From the NCBI RefSeq assembly GCF_022846255.1, contig NZ_AP025682.1: DNA of 64,000 bases. The stretch is one strand, 5' to 3'. The translations under genes and the position numbers were made by a program. This document shows, piece by piece, positions 1 through 10,922 of the stretch (its first letter is position 1; each line of letters starts with the position of its first letter). The DNA comes from Escherichia coli. GTDB lineage: Bacteria > Pseudomonadota > Gammaproteobacteria > Enterobacterales > Enterobacteriaceae. The notes under the pieces were generated by a model. The model was not told the origin of the DNA, did no database searches, and saw only the letters and a list, made by a program, of their open reading frames with translations.

Positions 1-125
1 TTGGTCACGAAATCGTTACTGCCTTTCTGGCTCGCTTCTACAGCGTCCGGGGTTTCATAGTTTTTGGCAATTAAATTACCCGCCTTGCGCGCTGCGCGCA
101 CGGCGATGTTCAGCATCGGATGCAT
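1..125 (-). CDS. suhB: Inositol monophosphatase SuhB, N-terminal fragment (gene continues beyond the window start)
   Basis: Reverse-strand translation from the ATG at 123-125 gives MHPMLNIAVRAARKAGNLIAKNYETPDAVEASQKGSNDFVT, which I recognise as the SuhB N-terminus; divergent from trmJ as in E. coli. Confidence 0.8.
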   Translation of the reverse strand, partial: MHPMLNIAVRAARKAGNLIAKNYETPDAVEASQKGSNDFVT

Positions 126-243
126 CGGTCTCTCTCACTGGATGTTAAAGAACGGGAAAACGGCGCAGAGTATAGCAGCGAGATCGGCATCTGTCTTCGT
201 TTTATGATAAGATGCGTGAATAATCTTTAGATGAAGAAAGACA

Positions 244-984
244 ATGCTGCAAAATATTCGAATTGTGCTGGTGGAGACGTCACACACCGGCAATATGGGT
301 TCTGTTGCCCGTGCCATGAAAACAATGGGATTAACCAATCTGTGGCTGGTTAATCCACTAGTGAAACCTGACTCCCAGGCGATTGCCCTGGCAGCAGGAG
401 CCAGCGATGTGATTGGTAATGCTCACATCGTCGATACGCTCGACGAAGCGTTAGCCGGTTGTAGTCTGGTGGTGGGCACCAGCGCTCGCTCCCGCACGCT
501 GCCGTGGCCGATGCTCGACCCGCGCGAATGCGGTCTGAAAAGCGTCGCTGAAGCGGCAAATACCCCGGTGGCGCTGGTGTTTGGTCGCGAGCGCGTCGGC
601 TTGACCAATGAAGAGTTGCAGAAATGCCATTATCATGTCGCGATTGCGGCTAACCCGGAATACAGTTCGCTGAACCTGGCGATGGCGGTTCAGGTTATTG
701 CCTATGAAGTGCGCATGGCCTGGCTGGCAACTCAGGAAAATGGCGAGCAGGTCGAGCATGAAGAGACGCCGTATCCGCTGGTCGATGATCTGGAGCGTTT
801 TTATGGTCATCTGGAGCAAACGCTGCTGGCAACCGGTTTTATCCGTGAAAACCATCCGGGGCAGGTGATGAATAAATTGCGCCGTCTGTTTACCCGTGCA
901 CGCCCGGAAAGCCAGGAATTGAATATCCTGCGCGGGATTCTGGCTTCTATTGAGCAGCAGAATAAAGGTAACAAGGCCGAATAA
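244..984 (+). CDS. trmJ: tRNA (cytidine/uridine-2'-O)-methyltransferase TrmJ (SpoU family)
   Basis: 246-aa ORF with a SpoU/TrmH-like N-terminus ([23 protein letters not shown]); sits immediately upstream of iscR as in E. coli. Confidence 0.9.
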
Positions 985-989
985 CAGTG

Positions 990-1080
990 GTTGCCTGATG
1001 CGATGCTTAACGCGTCTTATCAGGCCTGTAAGTGCACGGAATCCCAGGTCGGATAAGGTGTTCACACCGCATCCGACAAC
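990..1080. repeat. REP/BIME palindromic elements (two inverted REP units) downstream of trmJ
   Basis: gcctgatgcgatgcttaacgcgtcttatcaggcctg followed by ggtcggataaggtgttcacaccgcatccgaca; typical enterobacterial REP sequences in inverted orientation. Confidence 0.7.
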
Positions 1081-1120
1081 AGGTACAAACGCCACGATAA
1101 AAAATGGCACTGAAGGTTAA

Positions 1121-1170
1121 ATACCCGACTAAATCAGTCAAGTAAATAGTTGACCAATTTACTCGGGAAT
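1121..1170 (+). promoter_or_regulatory. Two adjacent IscR type-1 operator-like sites in the iscR promoter region
   Basis: atacccgactaaatcagtcaagtaa (1121-1145) and atagttgaccaatttactcgggaat (1146-1170), 84-108 bp upstream of the iscR start; each is a 25-bp site with the partial dyad symmetry of the IscR type-1 motif as I recall it. Confidence 0.5.
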
Positions 1171-1253
1171 GTCAGACTTGACCCTGCTATGCAATACCCC
1201 CACTTTTACAATAAAAAACCCCGGGCAGGGGCGAGTTTGAGGTGAAGTAAGAC

Positions 1254-1742
1254 ATGAGACTGACATCTAAAGGGCGCTATGCCGTGACCGCAATGCTTGA
1301 CGTTGCGCTCAACTCTGAAGCGGGCCCGGTACCGTTGGCTGATATTTCCGAACGTCAGGGAATTTCCCTTTCTTATCTGGAACAACTGTTTTCCCGTCTG
1401 CGTAAAAATGGTCTGGTTTCCAGCGTACGTGGACCAGGCGGTGGTTATCTGTTAGGCAAAGATGCCAGCAGCATCGCCGTTGGCGAAGTGATTAGCGCCG
1501 TTGACGAATCTGTAGATGCCACCCGTTGTCAGGGTAAAGGCGGCTGCCAGGGCGGCGATAAATGCCTGACCCACGCGCTGTGGCGTGATTTGAGCGACCG
1601 TCTTACCGGTTTTCTCAATAACATTACTTTAGGCGAACTGGTTAATAACCAGGAAGTGCTGGATGTGTCTGGTCGTCAGCATACTCACGACGCGCCACGC
1701 ACCCGCACACAAGACGCGATCGACGTTAAGTTACGCGCTTAA
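1254..1742 (+). CDS. iscR: Fe-S cluster regulator IscR (Rrf2 family)
   Basis: 162-aa ORF with an Rrf2-type helix-turn-helix N-terminus and the C92/C98/C104 cluster-ligand region ([16 protein letters not shown]). Confidence 0.95.
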
Positions 1743-1853
1743 TAAAAAGAATTCAGAATCAGGCCGGAGTGCCAAACACTCCGTAAACACGGTCGTACAT
1801 CCAGCCGGTAGCCTGGTTCCTTGCATTGAGTGATGTACGGAGTTTATAGAGCA

Positions 1854-3068
1854 ATGAAATTACCGATTTATCTCGACTACTCCGCAACCACGCCGGTGGA
1901 CCCGCGTGTTGCCGAGAAAATGATGCAGTTTATGACGATGGACGGAACCTTTGGTAACCCGGCCTCCCGTTCTCACCGTTTCGGCTGGCAGGCTGAAGAA
2001 GCGGTAGATATCGCCCGTAATCAGATTGCCGATCTGGTCGGCGCTGATCCGCGTGAAATCGTCTTTACCTCTGGTGCAACCGAATCTGACAACCTGGCGA
2101 TCAAAGGTGCAGCCAACTTTTATCAGAAAAAAGGCAAGCACATCATCACCAGTAAAACCGAACATAAAGCGGTACTGGATACCTGCCGTCAGCTGGAGCG
2201 CGAAGGTTTTGAAGTCACTTACCTGGCACCGCAGCGTAATGGCATTATCGACCTGAAAGAACTCGAAGCAGCGATGCGTGACGACACCATCCTTGTTTCC
2301 ATCATGCACGTAAATAACGAAATCGGCGTGGTGCAGGATATCGCGGCTATCGGCGAAATGTGCCGTGCTCGTGGCATTATCTATCACGTTGATGCAACCC
2401 AGAGCGTGGGCAAACTGCCTATCGACCTGAGCCAGTTGAAAGTTGACCTGATGTCTTTCTCCGGTCACAAAATCTATGGCCCGAAAGGTATTGGTGCGCT
2501 GTATGTGCGTCGTAAACCGCGCGTACGTATCGAAGCACAAATGCATGGCGGCGGTCACGAGCGCGGTATGCGTTCCGGCACTCTGCCTGTTCACCAGATC
2601 GTCGGTATGGGCGAAGCCTATCGCATCGCAAAAGAAGAGATGGCGACCGAGATGGAACGTCTGCGCGGCCTGCGTAACCGTCTGTGGAACGGCATCAAAG
2701 ATATCGAAGAAGTTTACCTGAACGGTGACCTGGAACACGGTGCGCCGAACATTCTCAACGTCAGCTTCAACTACGTTGAAGGTGAGTCGCTGATTATGGC
2801 GCTGAAAGACCTCGCGGTTTCTTCAGGTTCCGCCTGTACGTCAGCAAGCCTCGAACCGTCCTACGTGCTGCGCGCGCTGGGGCTGAACGACGAGCTGGCA
2901 CATAGCTCTATCCGTTTCTCTTTAGGTCGTTTTACTACTGAAGAAGAGATCGACTACACCATCGAGTTAGTTCGTAAATCCATCGGTCGTCTGCGTGACC
3001 TTTCTCCGCTGTGGGAAATGTACAAGCAGGGCGTGGATCTGAACAGCATCGAATGGGCTCATCATTAA
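1854..3068 (+). CDS. iscS: Cysteine desulfurase IscS
   Basis: 404-aa protein starting [14 protein letters not shown] with the SSGSACTS active-site cysteine loop; the ORF track extends 8 codons upstream to 1830 but the ATG at 1854 matches the canonical N-terminus. Confidence 0.95.
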
Positions 3069-3095
3069 TCGGTATCGGAATCAGGAGAATTTATA

Positions 3096-3482
3096 ATGGC
3101 TTACAGCGAAAAAGTTATCGACCATTACGAGAATCCGCGTAACGTGGGTTCCTTTGACAACAACGACGAGAACGTCGGCAGCGGCATGGTGGGTGCACCG
3201 GCCTGTGGCGACGTGATGAAGTTGCAGATTAAAGTCAACGATGAAGGTATCATTGAAGACGCGCGTTTTAAAACTTACGGCTGCGGTTCCGCTATCGCTT
3301 CCAGCTCCCTGGTCACCGAATGGGTGAAAGGGAAGTCTCTCGACGAAGCACAGGCGATCAAAAACACCGATATTGCTGAAGAACTTGAACTGCCGCCGGT
3401 GAAAATTCACTGTTCTATTCTGGCAGAAGACGCGATCAAAGCCGCCATTGCGGACTATAAAAGCAAACGTGAAGCAAAATAA
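3096..3482 (+). CDS. iscU: Fe-S cluster scaffold IscU
   Basis: 128 aa with the conserved cysteines (GAPACGDV, YGCGSAIASSS, HCSILAEDAIKAA) and the LPPVK motif. Confidence 0.95.
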   Translation: MAYSEKVIDHYENPRNVGSFDNNDENVGSGMVGAPACGDVMKLQIKVNDEGIIEDARFKTYGCGSAIASSSLVTEWVKGKSLDEAQAIKNTDIAEELELPPVKIHCSILAEDAIKAAIADYKSKREAK

Positions 3483-3498
3483 GAGTTGAGGTTTGGTT

Positions 3499-3822
3499 AT
3501 GTCGATTACACTGAGCGACAGTGCAGCAGCGCGAGTAAATACCTTTCTGGCTAACCGCGGTAAAGGGTTTGGCCTGCGTCTGGGCGTGAGAACCTCCGGG
3601 TGTTCAGGTATGGCTTATGTACTGGAATTTGTTGACGAACCGACGCCGGAAGACATCGTGTTTGAAGACAAAGGCGTGAAAGTCGTGGTCGATGGCAAAA
3701 GCCTGCAATTTCTGGACGGTACGCAGCTGGACTTCGTCAAAGAAGGCCTTAACGAAGGGTTTAAATTCACCAACCCGAACGTCAAAGATGAGTGTGGTTG
3801 CGGCGAAAGCTTCCACGTTTGA
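3499..3822 (+). CDS. iscA: Fe-S cluster carrier (A-type) IscA
   Basis: 107 aa from [13 protein letters not shown], ending in the CGCGESF motif; the track start at 3493 adds two residues. Confidence 0.9.
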   Translation: MSITLSDSAAARVNTFLANRGKGFGLRLGVRTSGCSGMAYVLEFVDEPTPEDIVFEDKGVKVVVDGKSLQFLDGTQLDFVKEGLNEGFKFTNPNVKDECGCGESFHV

Positions 3823-3917
3823 TGCGCATACCGATAACCCCACCGTGGTCGCCTGCGCGTGGGGTTTGTTTTACCTGATTCGCCGTTATCGCGGCGGATC
3901 GCAGCCCTGAGAATGTT

Positions 3918-4433
3918 ATGGATTACTTCACCCTCTTTGGCTTGCCTGCCCGTTATCAACTCGATACCCAGGCGCTGAGCCTGCGTTTTCAGGATCTACA
4001 ACGTCAGTATCATCCTGATAAATTCGCCAGCGGAAGCCAGGCGGAACAACTCGCCGCCGTACAGCAATCCGCGACCATTAACCAGGCCTGGCAAACGCTG
4101 CGTCATCCGTTAATGCGCGCGGAATATTTGCTTTCTTTGCACGGTTTTGATCTCGCCAGCGAGCAGCATACTGTGCGCGACACCGCGTTCCTGATGGAAC
4201 AGCTGGAACTGCGCGAAGAACTGGACGAGATCGAACAGGCGAAAGATGAAGCGCGGCTGGAAAGCTTTATCAAACGTGTGAAAAAGATGTTTGATACCCG
4301 CCATCAGTTGATGGTTGAACAGTTAGACAACGAGACGTGGGACGCGGCGGCGGATACCGTGCGTAAGCTGCGTTTTCTCGATAAACTGCGGAGCAGTGCC
4401 GAACAACTCGAAGAAAAACTGCTCGATTTTTAA
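3918..4433 (+). CDS. hscB: J-domain co-chaperone HscB
   Basis: 171 aa with a J-domain HPD motif (QRQYHPDKF); precedes hscA. Confidence 0.95.
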   Translation: MDYFTLFGLPARYQLDTQALSLRFQDLQRQYHPDKFASGSQAEQLAAVQQSATINQAWQTLRHPLMRAEYLLSLHGFDLASEQHTVRDTAFLMEQLELREELDEIEQAKDEARLESFIKRVKKMFDTRHQLMVEQLDNETWDAAADTVRKLRFLDKLRSSAEQLEEKLLDF

Positions 4434-4449
4434 TTTCTGGAAGCTAAAC

Positions 4450-6300
4450 ATGGCCTTATTACAAATTAGTGAACCTGGTTTGAGTGCTGCGCCGCATCAG
4501 CGTCGCCTGGCGGCCGGTATTGACCTGGGCACAACCAACTCGCTGGTGGCAACAGTGCGCAGCGGTCAGGCCGAAACGTTAGCTGACCATGAAGGCCGTC
4601 ACCTGCTGCCATCTGTTGTTCACTATCAACAGCAAGGGCATTCGGTGGGTTATGACGCGCGTACTAATGCAGCGCTCGATACCGCCAACACAATTAGTTC
4701 TGTTAAACGCCTGATGGGGCGCTCGCTGGCTGATATCCAGCAACGCTATCCGCATCTGCCTTATCAATTCCAGGCCAGCGAAAACGGCCTTCCGATGATT
4801 GAAACGGCGGCGGGGCTGCTGAACCCGGTGCGCGTTTCTGCGGACATCCTCAAAGCACTGGCGGCGCGGGCAACTGAAGCCCTGGCAGGCGAGCTGGATG
4901 GTGTCGTTATCACCGTTCCGGCGTACTTTGACGATGCCCAGCGTCAGGGCACCAAAGACGCGGCGCGTCTGGCGGGCCTTCACGTCCTGCGCTTACTTAA
5001 CGAACCGACCGCTGCGGCTATCGCCTACGGGCTGGATTCCGGTCAGGAAGGCGTGATCGCTGTTTATGACCTCGGCGGCGGGACGTTTGATATTTCCATT
5101 CTGCGCTTAAGTCGCGGCGTGTTTGAAGTGCTGGCAACCGGCGGTGATTCCGCGCTCGGCGGCGATGATTTCGACCATTTGCTGGCGGATTATATTCGCG
5201 AGCAGGCGGGCATTCCTGATCGTAGCGATAACCGCGTTCAGCGTGAACTGCTGGATGCCGCCATTGCAGCCAAAATCGCGCTGAGTGATGCGGACTCCGT
5301 GACCGTTAACGTTGCGGGCTGGCAGGGCGAAATCAGCCGTGAACAATTCAATGAACTGATCGCGCCACTGGTAAAACGAACCTTACTGGCTTGTCGTCGC
5401 GCGCTGAAAGACGCGGGTGTAGAAGCTGATGAAGTGCTGGAAGTGGTGATGGTGGGCGGTTCTACTCGCGTGCCGCTGGTGCGTGAACGGGTAGGCGAAT
5501 TTTTCGGTCGTCCACCGCTGACTTCCATCGACCCGGATAAAGTCGTCGCTATTGGCGCGGCGATTCAGGCGGATATTCTGGTGGGTAACAAGCCAGACAG
5601 CGAAATGCTGCTGCTTGATGTGATCCCACTGTCGCTGGGCCTCGAAACGATGGGCGGCCTGGTGGAGAAAGTGATTCCGCGTAATACCACGATTCCGGTG
5701 GCTCGCGCCCAGGATTTCACCACCTTTAAAGATGGTCAGACGGCGATGTCTATCCATGTAATGCAGGGTGAGCGTGAACTGGTGCAGGACTGCCGCTCGC
5801 TGGCGCGTTTTGCGCTGCGTGGTATTCCGGCGCTACCGGCTGGCGGTGCGCATATTCGCGTGACGTTCCAGGTCGATGCCGACGGTCTTTTGAGCGTGAC
5901 GGCGATGGAGAAATCCACCGGCGTTGAGGCATCTATTCAGGTCAAACCGTCTTATGGTCTGACCGACAGCGAAATCGCCTCGATGATCAAAGACTCAATG
6001 AGCTATGCCGAGCAGGACGTAAAAGCCCGAATGCTGGCAGAACAAAAAGTAGAAGCGGCGCGTGTGCTGGAAAGTCTGCACGGTGCGCTGGCTGCTGATG
6101 CCGCGCTGTTAAGCGCCGCAGAACGTCAGGATATCGACGATGCTGCCGCTCACCTGAGTGAAGTGGCGCAGGGCGATGATGTTGACGCCATCGAACAAGC
6201 GATTAAAAACGTAGACAAACAAACCCAGGATTTCGCCGCTCGCCGCATGGACCAGTCGGTTCGCCGTGCGCTGAAAGGCCATTCCGTGGACGAGGTTTAA
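4450..6300 (+). CDS. hscA: Hsp70-family chaperone HscA
   Basis: 616 aa from [10 protein letters not shown] with the Hsp70 ATPase signature ([12 protein letters not shown]); the track ORF starts 18 codons further upstream at 4396. Confidence 0.95.
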   Translation: MALLQISEPGLSAAPHQRRLAAGIDLGTTNSLVATVRSGQAETLADHEGRHLLPSVVHYQQQGHSVGYDARTNAALDTANTISSVKRLMGRSLADIQQRYPHLPYQFQASENGLPMIETAAGLLNPVRVSADILKALAARATEALAGELDGVVITVPAYFDDAQRQGTKDAARLAGLHVLRLLNEPTAAAIAYGLDSGQEGVIAVYDLGGGTFDISILRLSRGVFEVLATGGDSALGGDDFDHLLADYIREQAGIPDRSDNRVQRELLDAAIAAKIALSDADSVTVNVAGWQGEISREQFNELIAPLVKRTLLACRRALKDAGVEADEVLEVVMVGGSTRVPLVRERVGEFFGRPPLTSIDPDKVVAIGAAIQADILVGNKPDSEMLLLDVIPLSLGLETMGGLVEKVIPRNTTIPVARAQDFTTFKDGQTAMSIHVMQGERELVQDCRSLARFALRGIPALPAGGAHIRVTFQVDADGLLSVTAMEKSTGVEASIQVKPSYGLTDSEIASMIKDSMSYAEQDVKARMLAEQKVEAARVLESLHGALAADAALLSAAERQDIDDAAAHLSEVAQGDDVDAIEQAIKNVDKQTQDFAARRMDQSVRRALKGHSVDEV

Positions 6301-6301
6301 T

Positions 6302-6637
6302 ATGCCAAAGATTGTTATTTTGCCTCATCAGGATCTCTGCCCTGATGGCGCTGTTCTGGAAGCGAATAGTGGTGAAACCATTCTCGACGTTGCGCTGCGT
6401 AACGGTATCGAGATTGAACACGCCTGTGAAAAATCCTGTGCTTGCACCACCTGCCACTGCATCGTTCGCGAAGGTTTTGACTCGCTGCCGGAAAGCTCAG
6501 AGCAGGAAGACGACATGCTGGACAAAGCCTGGGGACTGGAGCCGGAAAGCCGTTTAAGCTGCCAGGCGCGCGTTACTGACGAAGATTTAGTGGTCGAAAT
6601 CCCGCGTTACACTATCAACCATGCGCGTGAGCATTAA
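6302..6637 (+). CDS. fdx: [2Fe-2S] ferredoxin Fdx
   Basis: 111 aa, adrenodoxin-type cysteine pattern ([12 protein letters not shown]); starts 2 nt after the hscA stop. Confidence 0.95.
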   Translation: MPKIVILPHQDLCPDGAVLEANSGETILDVALRNGIEIEHACEKSCACTTCHCIVREGFDSLPESSEQEDDMLDKAWGLEPESRLSCQARVTDEDLVVEIPRYTINHAREH

Positions 6638-6648
6638 CAGAGGTTACT

Positions 6649-6849
6649 ATGGGACTTAAGTGGACCGATAGCCGCGAAATTGGCGAAGCACTGTACGATG
6701 CGTATCCCGATCTTGATCCGAAAAGGGTTCGATTCACCGATATGCATCAGTGGATTTGCGATCTGGAAGATTTCGACGACGACCCGCAGGCATCCAACGA
6801 AAAAATCCTCGAAGCGATTTTGTTGGTCTGGCTGGACGAAGCCGAGTAA
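6649..6849 (+). CDS. iscX: Fe-S assembly accessory protein IscX
   Basis: 66-aa acidic protein starting [24 protein letters not shown], last gene of the isc operon. Confidence 0.9.
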   Translation: MGLKWTDSREIGEALYDAYPDLDPKRVRFTDMHQWICDLEDFDDDPQASNEKILEAILLVWLDEAE

Positions 6850-6907
6850 ATGAACGGGCTGCCTGGGGGTAGCCCGTTTTGCTGTTAAACGAATAAGGAT
6901 AACTAAA

Positions 6908-8191
6908 ATGACAGAAGCGATGAAAATTACCCTCTCTACCCAACCTGCCGATGCGCGCTGGGGAGAAAAAGCAACTTACAGCATTAATAATGATGGCATT
7001 ACCCTGCATTTGAACGGGGCAGACGATCTGGGGCTGATCCAGCGTGCGGCGCGCAAGATTGATGGTCTGGGCATCAAGCATGTTCAGCTAAGCGGAGAAG
7101 GCTGGGATGCGGATCGCTGCTGGGCATTCTGGCAAGGTTACAAAGCCCCGAAAGGCACGCGTAAAGTGGAGTGGCCGGATCTGGACGATGTCCAGCGCCA
7201 GGAACTGGATAACCGCCTGATGATCATCGACTGGGTGCGTGACACCATTAACGCACCGGCGGAAGAGCTGGGGCCATCGCAACTGGCACAGCGTGCTGTT
7301 GATCTGATCAGCAATGTCGCGGGCGATCGTGTGACTTACCGGATCACCAAAGGCGAAGATCTGCGTGATCAAGGTTATATGGGACTGCACACGGTCGGAC
7401 GCGGTTCAGAACGTTCTCCGGTATTGCTGGCGCTGGATTACAACCCAACTGGCGATAAAGAAGCGCCAGTGTACGCGTGCCTGGTTGGTAAAGGCATCAC
7501 TTTTGACTCCGGCGGCTACAGCATCAAACAGACCGCATTTATGGACTCGATGAAGTCGGACATGGGCGGCGCGGCAACGGTTACCGGGGCGCTGGCGTTT
7601 GCCATTACGCGCGGACTGAATAAGCGCGTGAAGCTGTTCCTCTGCTGTGCGGATAACCTGATCAGCGGCAACGCGTTCAAACTGGGCGATATTATTACCT
7701 ATCGCAACGGTAAAAAAGTCGAAGTGATGAACACCGATGCCGAAGGGCGTCTGGTGCTGGCCGATGGCCTGATTGATGCCAGTGCGCAGAAACCGGAACT
7801 GATCATTGATGCGGCGACCCTCACCGGGGCGGCGAAAACTGCGCTGGGTAATGATTATCACGCGTTGTTCAGTTTTGACGATGCGCTTGCCGGTCGTTTG
7901 CTGGCGAGTGCCTCACAAGAGAACGAACCGTTCTGGCGTCTGCCGCTTGCGGAATTCCACCGCAGCCAGCTGCCGTCTAACTTTGCCGAACTGAACAATA
8001 CCGGAAGCGCGGCGTATCCGGCAGGTGCAAGTACGGCTGCGGGCTTCCTGTCGCACTTTGTTGAGAACTATCAGCAAGGCTGGCTGCATATCGACTGCTC
8101 GGCGACTTACCGTAAAGCGCCGGTTGAACAGTGGTCTGCGGGTGCTACGGGACTTGGTGTGCGCACGATTGCTAATCTGTTAACGGCGTAA
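6908..8191 (+). CDS. pepB: Peptidase B (M17 leucyl aminopeptidase family)
   Basis: 427 aa with the M17 active-site region ([12 protein letters not shown]); conserved position after iscX. Confidence 0.9.
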   Translation: MTEAMKITLSTQPADARWGEKATYSINNDGITLHLNGADDLGLIQRAARKIDGLGIKHVQLSGEGWDADRCWAFWQGYKAPKGTRKVEWPDLDDVQRQELDNRLMIIDWVRDTINAPAEELGPSQLAQRAVDLISNVAGDRVTYRITKGEDLRDQGYMGLHTVGRGSERSPVLLALDYNPTGDKEAPVYACLVGKGITFDSGGYSIKQTAFMDSMKSDMGGAATVTGALAFAITRGLNKRVKLFLCCADNLISGNAFKLGDIITYRNGKKVEVMNTDAEGRLVLADGLIDASAQKPELIIDAATLTGAAKTALGNDYHALFSFDDALAGRLLASASQENEPFWRLPLAEFHRSQLPSNFAELNNTGSAAYPAGASTAAGFLSHFVENYQQGWLHIDCSATYRKAPVEQWSAGATGLGVRTIANLLTA

Positions 8192-8199
8192 ACTAATAT

Positions 8200-8300
<101 letters not shown>

Positions 8301-8332
8301 GCTCCCCGAACGTTGAATGAATTGTGGTTCTT

Positions 8333-9109
8333 ATGTCCGAAACAAAAAACGAACTTGAAGACCTGCTGGAAAAAGCAGCAACCGAACCGGCTCACCGCCC
8401 GGCCTTTTTCCGTACTCTACTGGAATCCACCGTCTGGGTGCCTGGTACGGCGGCGCAGGGCGAGGCAGTAGTTGAAGATAGCGCGCTTGATTTACAGCAC
8501 TGGGAAAAAGAAGACGGCACCAGCGTCATTCCTTTTTTTACCTCGTTAGAAGCACTTCAACAGGCGGTTGAAGACGAACAGGCATTTGTCGTAATGCCCG
8601 TTCGCACATTGTTTGAGATGACCCTTGGCGAAACGCTCTTCCTTAATGCCAAACTGCCAACCGGTAAAGAGTTTATGCCGCGTGAAATCAGTTTGTTGAT
8701 TGGTGAAGAAGGGAATCCGCTGAGTAGCCAGGAAGTACTGGAAGGCGGTGAATCGCTGATATTATCGGAAGTCGCAGAGCTGCCAGCACAAATGATTGAT
8801 TCACTCACCACCTTATTTAAAACCATTAAGCCGGTGAAGCGTGCTTTTATTTGTTCAATTAAAGAGAACGAAGAGGCACAGCCTAATTTACTTATTGGCA
8901 TTGAAGCCGATGGTGATATCGAAGAAATTATTCAGGTGGCGGGAAGTGTAGCGACCGATACATTACCTGGCGATGAGCCCATCGATATTTGTCAGGTGAA
9001 AAAAGGGGAAAAAGGAATTAGCCACTTTATTACCGAACATATTGTGCCATTCTATGAACGTCGCTGGGGTGGTTTTTTGCGTGACTTTAAACAGAGTCGG
9101 ATAATCTAA
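8333..9109 (+). CDS. sseB: SseB (enhanced serine sensitivity protein B)
   Basis: 258 aa from MSETKNELEDLL; the track ORF begins 3 codons upstream at 8324. Position between pepB and sseA matches E. coli. Confidence 0.8.
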   Translation: MSETKNELEDLLEKAATEPAHRPAFFRTLLESTVWVPGTAAQGEAVVEDSALDLQHWEKEDGTSVIPFFTSLEALQQAVEDEQAFVVMPVRTLFEMTLGETLFLNAKLPTGKEFMPREISLLIGEEGNPLSSQEVLEGGESLILSEVAELPAQMIDSLTTLFKTIKPVKRAFICSIKENEEAQPNLLIGIEADGDIEEIIQVAGSVATDTLPGDEPIDICQVKKGEKGISHFITEHIVPFYERRWGGFLRDFKQSRII

Positions 9110-9454
9110 AATATGCCGCCCCAAAGGGCGGCATTCGGGCTTACTTGCTGCTCTGAAGTTTGTTAACCACCAGTAAATTGTCGCCGGAGAGACTCCGGTT
9201 ATTATTTACCTCGGTTAACAGCGCACCAGAAACAATAAGTACGATACAGAAGCACCGTATCTTCATTGTGCGGTCCATGCGAAGACCGCATCACGACAGC
9301 ACCACTGGCGATATTGCCGCGATAGCAAGCGCTGTGAAACACCTGCATTTACGGCCATGGAACATCCTTTCCTTAAGCCAGCGCCCGTTTGCGAGACGGC
9401 GGAAAGGGCCGGTGTCGATAATACGCTAAATAAACAATGATTGCTCTCTTTCGC

Positions 9455-9597
9455 TTGACAAAAAGAGAGTTACTGGCGAGTATTGCTTTGCTGTGAAGCA
9501 CCTGCGTTGCTCATGCAACACAAGCCAATCTGCTGGAAAGGCCGCGAACCAAACCAGCAACAAATAACCGCCTGATTTTGGCGGTTTTTTGTTGTTT
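9455..9597 (+). ncRNA. Candidate small-RNA unit 1 (promoter-like TTGACA-N17-GAGTAT plus intrinsic terminator) in the sseB-sseA intergenic region, possibly part of the ryfA locus
   Basis: TTGACA at 9455-9460, GAGTAT at 9478-9483, conserved core ctgctggaaaggccgcgaaccaaaccagcaa, then GC hairpin aaccgcctgattttggcgg followed by TTTTTTGTTGTTT (about 9565-9597). No plausible ORF. Confidence 0.4.
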
Positions 9598-9732
9598 AAA
9601 GAAAGTGAAATTACACGTTTAAGTAATATCTTTTACCAGTTAGTATTTTAATATTAAGCGGGATTTGTTTATATTTGTCTGAATTCGGACTGATAAGCCA
9701 AATGAATTCAAAATCTATCCTTTTTTATCTAC

Positions 9733-9858
9733 TTGACATCGTTGATGCATAAAGCGAGTATTGAGTAGACGAGATACACTTGCAGTAATACAACCTGCTG
9801 GAAAGGCCGCGAACCAGACCAGCAATAAAAAACCGCCAAATTCGGCGGTTTTTTATTG
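9733..9858 (+). ncRNA. Candidate small-RNA unit 2, a paralogue of unit 1
   Basis: TTGACA at 9733-9738, GAGTAT at 9756-9761, same core with two substitutions (cctgctggaaaggccgcgaaccagaccagcaa), then hairpin aaaaaaccgccaaattcggcggtttttt (about 9830-9856), which is symmetric and could also terminate convergent sseA. Confidence 0.4.
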
Positions 9859-9870
9859 CCTGTAAAAAGC

Positions 9871-10716
9871 TTATTTTACGGGCTCAACCGGTAAATCTGC
9901 TCGTGCGCCCCATTCACTCCATGCGCCGTCGTACAGTTTCACGTTTGGCACATCAAGTGTCGCGAGTGCCAACAAAACCACGGCTGCCGTTACACCAGAG
10001 CCGCAGCTGACGATAATAGGTTTGTCATAACTTACGCCGCGACCAAAAAATATCGCATCCAGTTCATCGGTCGTTTTTAGTTCACCTTCGCGCACCAGTT
10101 CCGTCCACGGAACATTTAGTGCACCGGGAATATGTCCGCGACGTAAACCTGGGCGAGGTTCATCAACTTCTGCGTTAAAACGTGCAGCCGGGCGGGCATC
10201 GATAATTTGCGCCGTATTTTCATGGCTTGCCAATAACACATCGGTTACTTTCACCACGGCTTCAGGATTAAACGCGGCGTTAAACTCTCCTTCCGGCAGC
10301 TCTACTGCGCCTTCTTCTAATAGCAGATCATCACGCTGCCAGCCTGCAAGTCCACCACCCAGAATCGACACTTTCTCTACACCAAAGGTGCGCAGCATCC
10401 ACCATGCTCGTGGGGCTGAGAAAAGATTACCTTCGTCATAGACAATCAGGTGCTTATCCTGGTTAACGCCTAATTCACGCATCGCCACGGCGAACGTTTC
10501 CGGGCGCGGCAGCATGTGCGGAAGCGGGGAAGTGTGATCAGAAAGCGCTTCTATATCAAAAAACACTGCGCCGGGAATATGTCCATTCAGATACTCCTGA
10601 GCAACGTTACGATCTTCCTGTCCAGGCGACGCCATGCGGGCATCGATAATCTGAATTTCCGGGTCATCAATATGTTCGGCGAGCCAGTCGGCTCCTACAA
10701 ACCATGTCGTGGACAT
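9871..10716 (-). CDS. sseA: 3-mercaptopyruvate sulfurtransferase SseA (tandem rhodanese domains)
   Basis: 281 aa from MSTTWFVGADWLAEHIDDPEIQIIDARM with the catalytic CGSGVTA motif; the track ORF extends 53 codons upstream to 10875, probably a false extension. Confidence 0.9.
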   Translation of the reverse strand: MSTTWFVGADWLAEHIDDPEIQIIDARMASPGQEDRNVAQEYLNGHIPGAVFFDIEALSDHTSPLPHMLPRPETFAVAMRELGVNQDKHLIVYDEGNLFSAPRAWWMLRTFGVEKVSILGGGLAGWQRDDLLLEEGAVELPEGEFNAAFNPEAVVKVTDVLLASHENTAQIIDARPAARFNAEVDEPRPGLRRGHIPGALNVPWTELVREGELKTTDELDAIFFGRGVSYDKPIIVSCGSGVTAAVVLLALATLDVPNVKLYDGAWSEWGARADLPVEPVK

Positions 10717-10922
10717 AGGCATCTCCATTTTTGCCGGGGTTAGGCTAAATTGTCGGATGTTTAGTGAAAGGCGACAAGCAAAAGAGGCTGATTTGGCTGT
10801 CTGAGCCACAATTCTCACTAAAATTCGGATTGTATGGGCGTGATACTGAATTACATAACGTAAATTCTCACGCATAATAATTATTCGACGTTGCTAACGG
10901 GCCATTGTGGCAGGGATGAAAA

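Noticed and set aside
451..1110. 219-aa minus-strand ORF overlapping trmJ
   Set aside because: Lies antisense to a well-supported trmJ coding region and has no recognisable protein features; a shadow ORF of the kind common in GC-rich coding DNA.
1860..2738. 292-aa minus-strand ORF inside iscS
   Set aside because: Antisense to iscS; no ribosome-binding site and no domain signature.
9160..9429. 89-aa ORF in the sseB-sseA intergenic region
   Set aside because: Arg/Ser-rich low-complexity translation with no ribosome-binding site; the region is more plausibly non-coding RNA (ryfA-like locus). A genuine small toxin ORF would be much shorter and hydrophobic; none was confidently identified.
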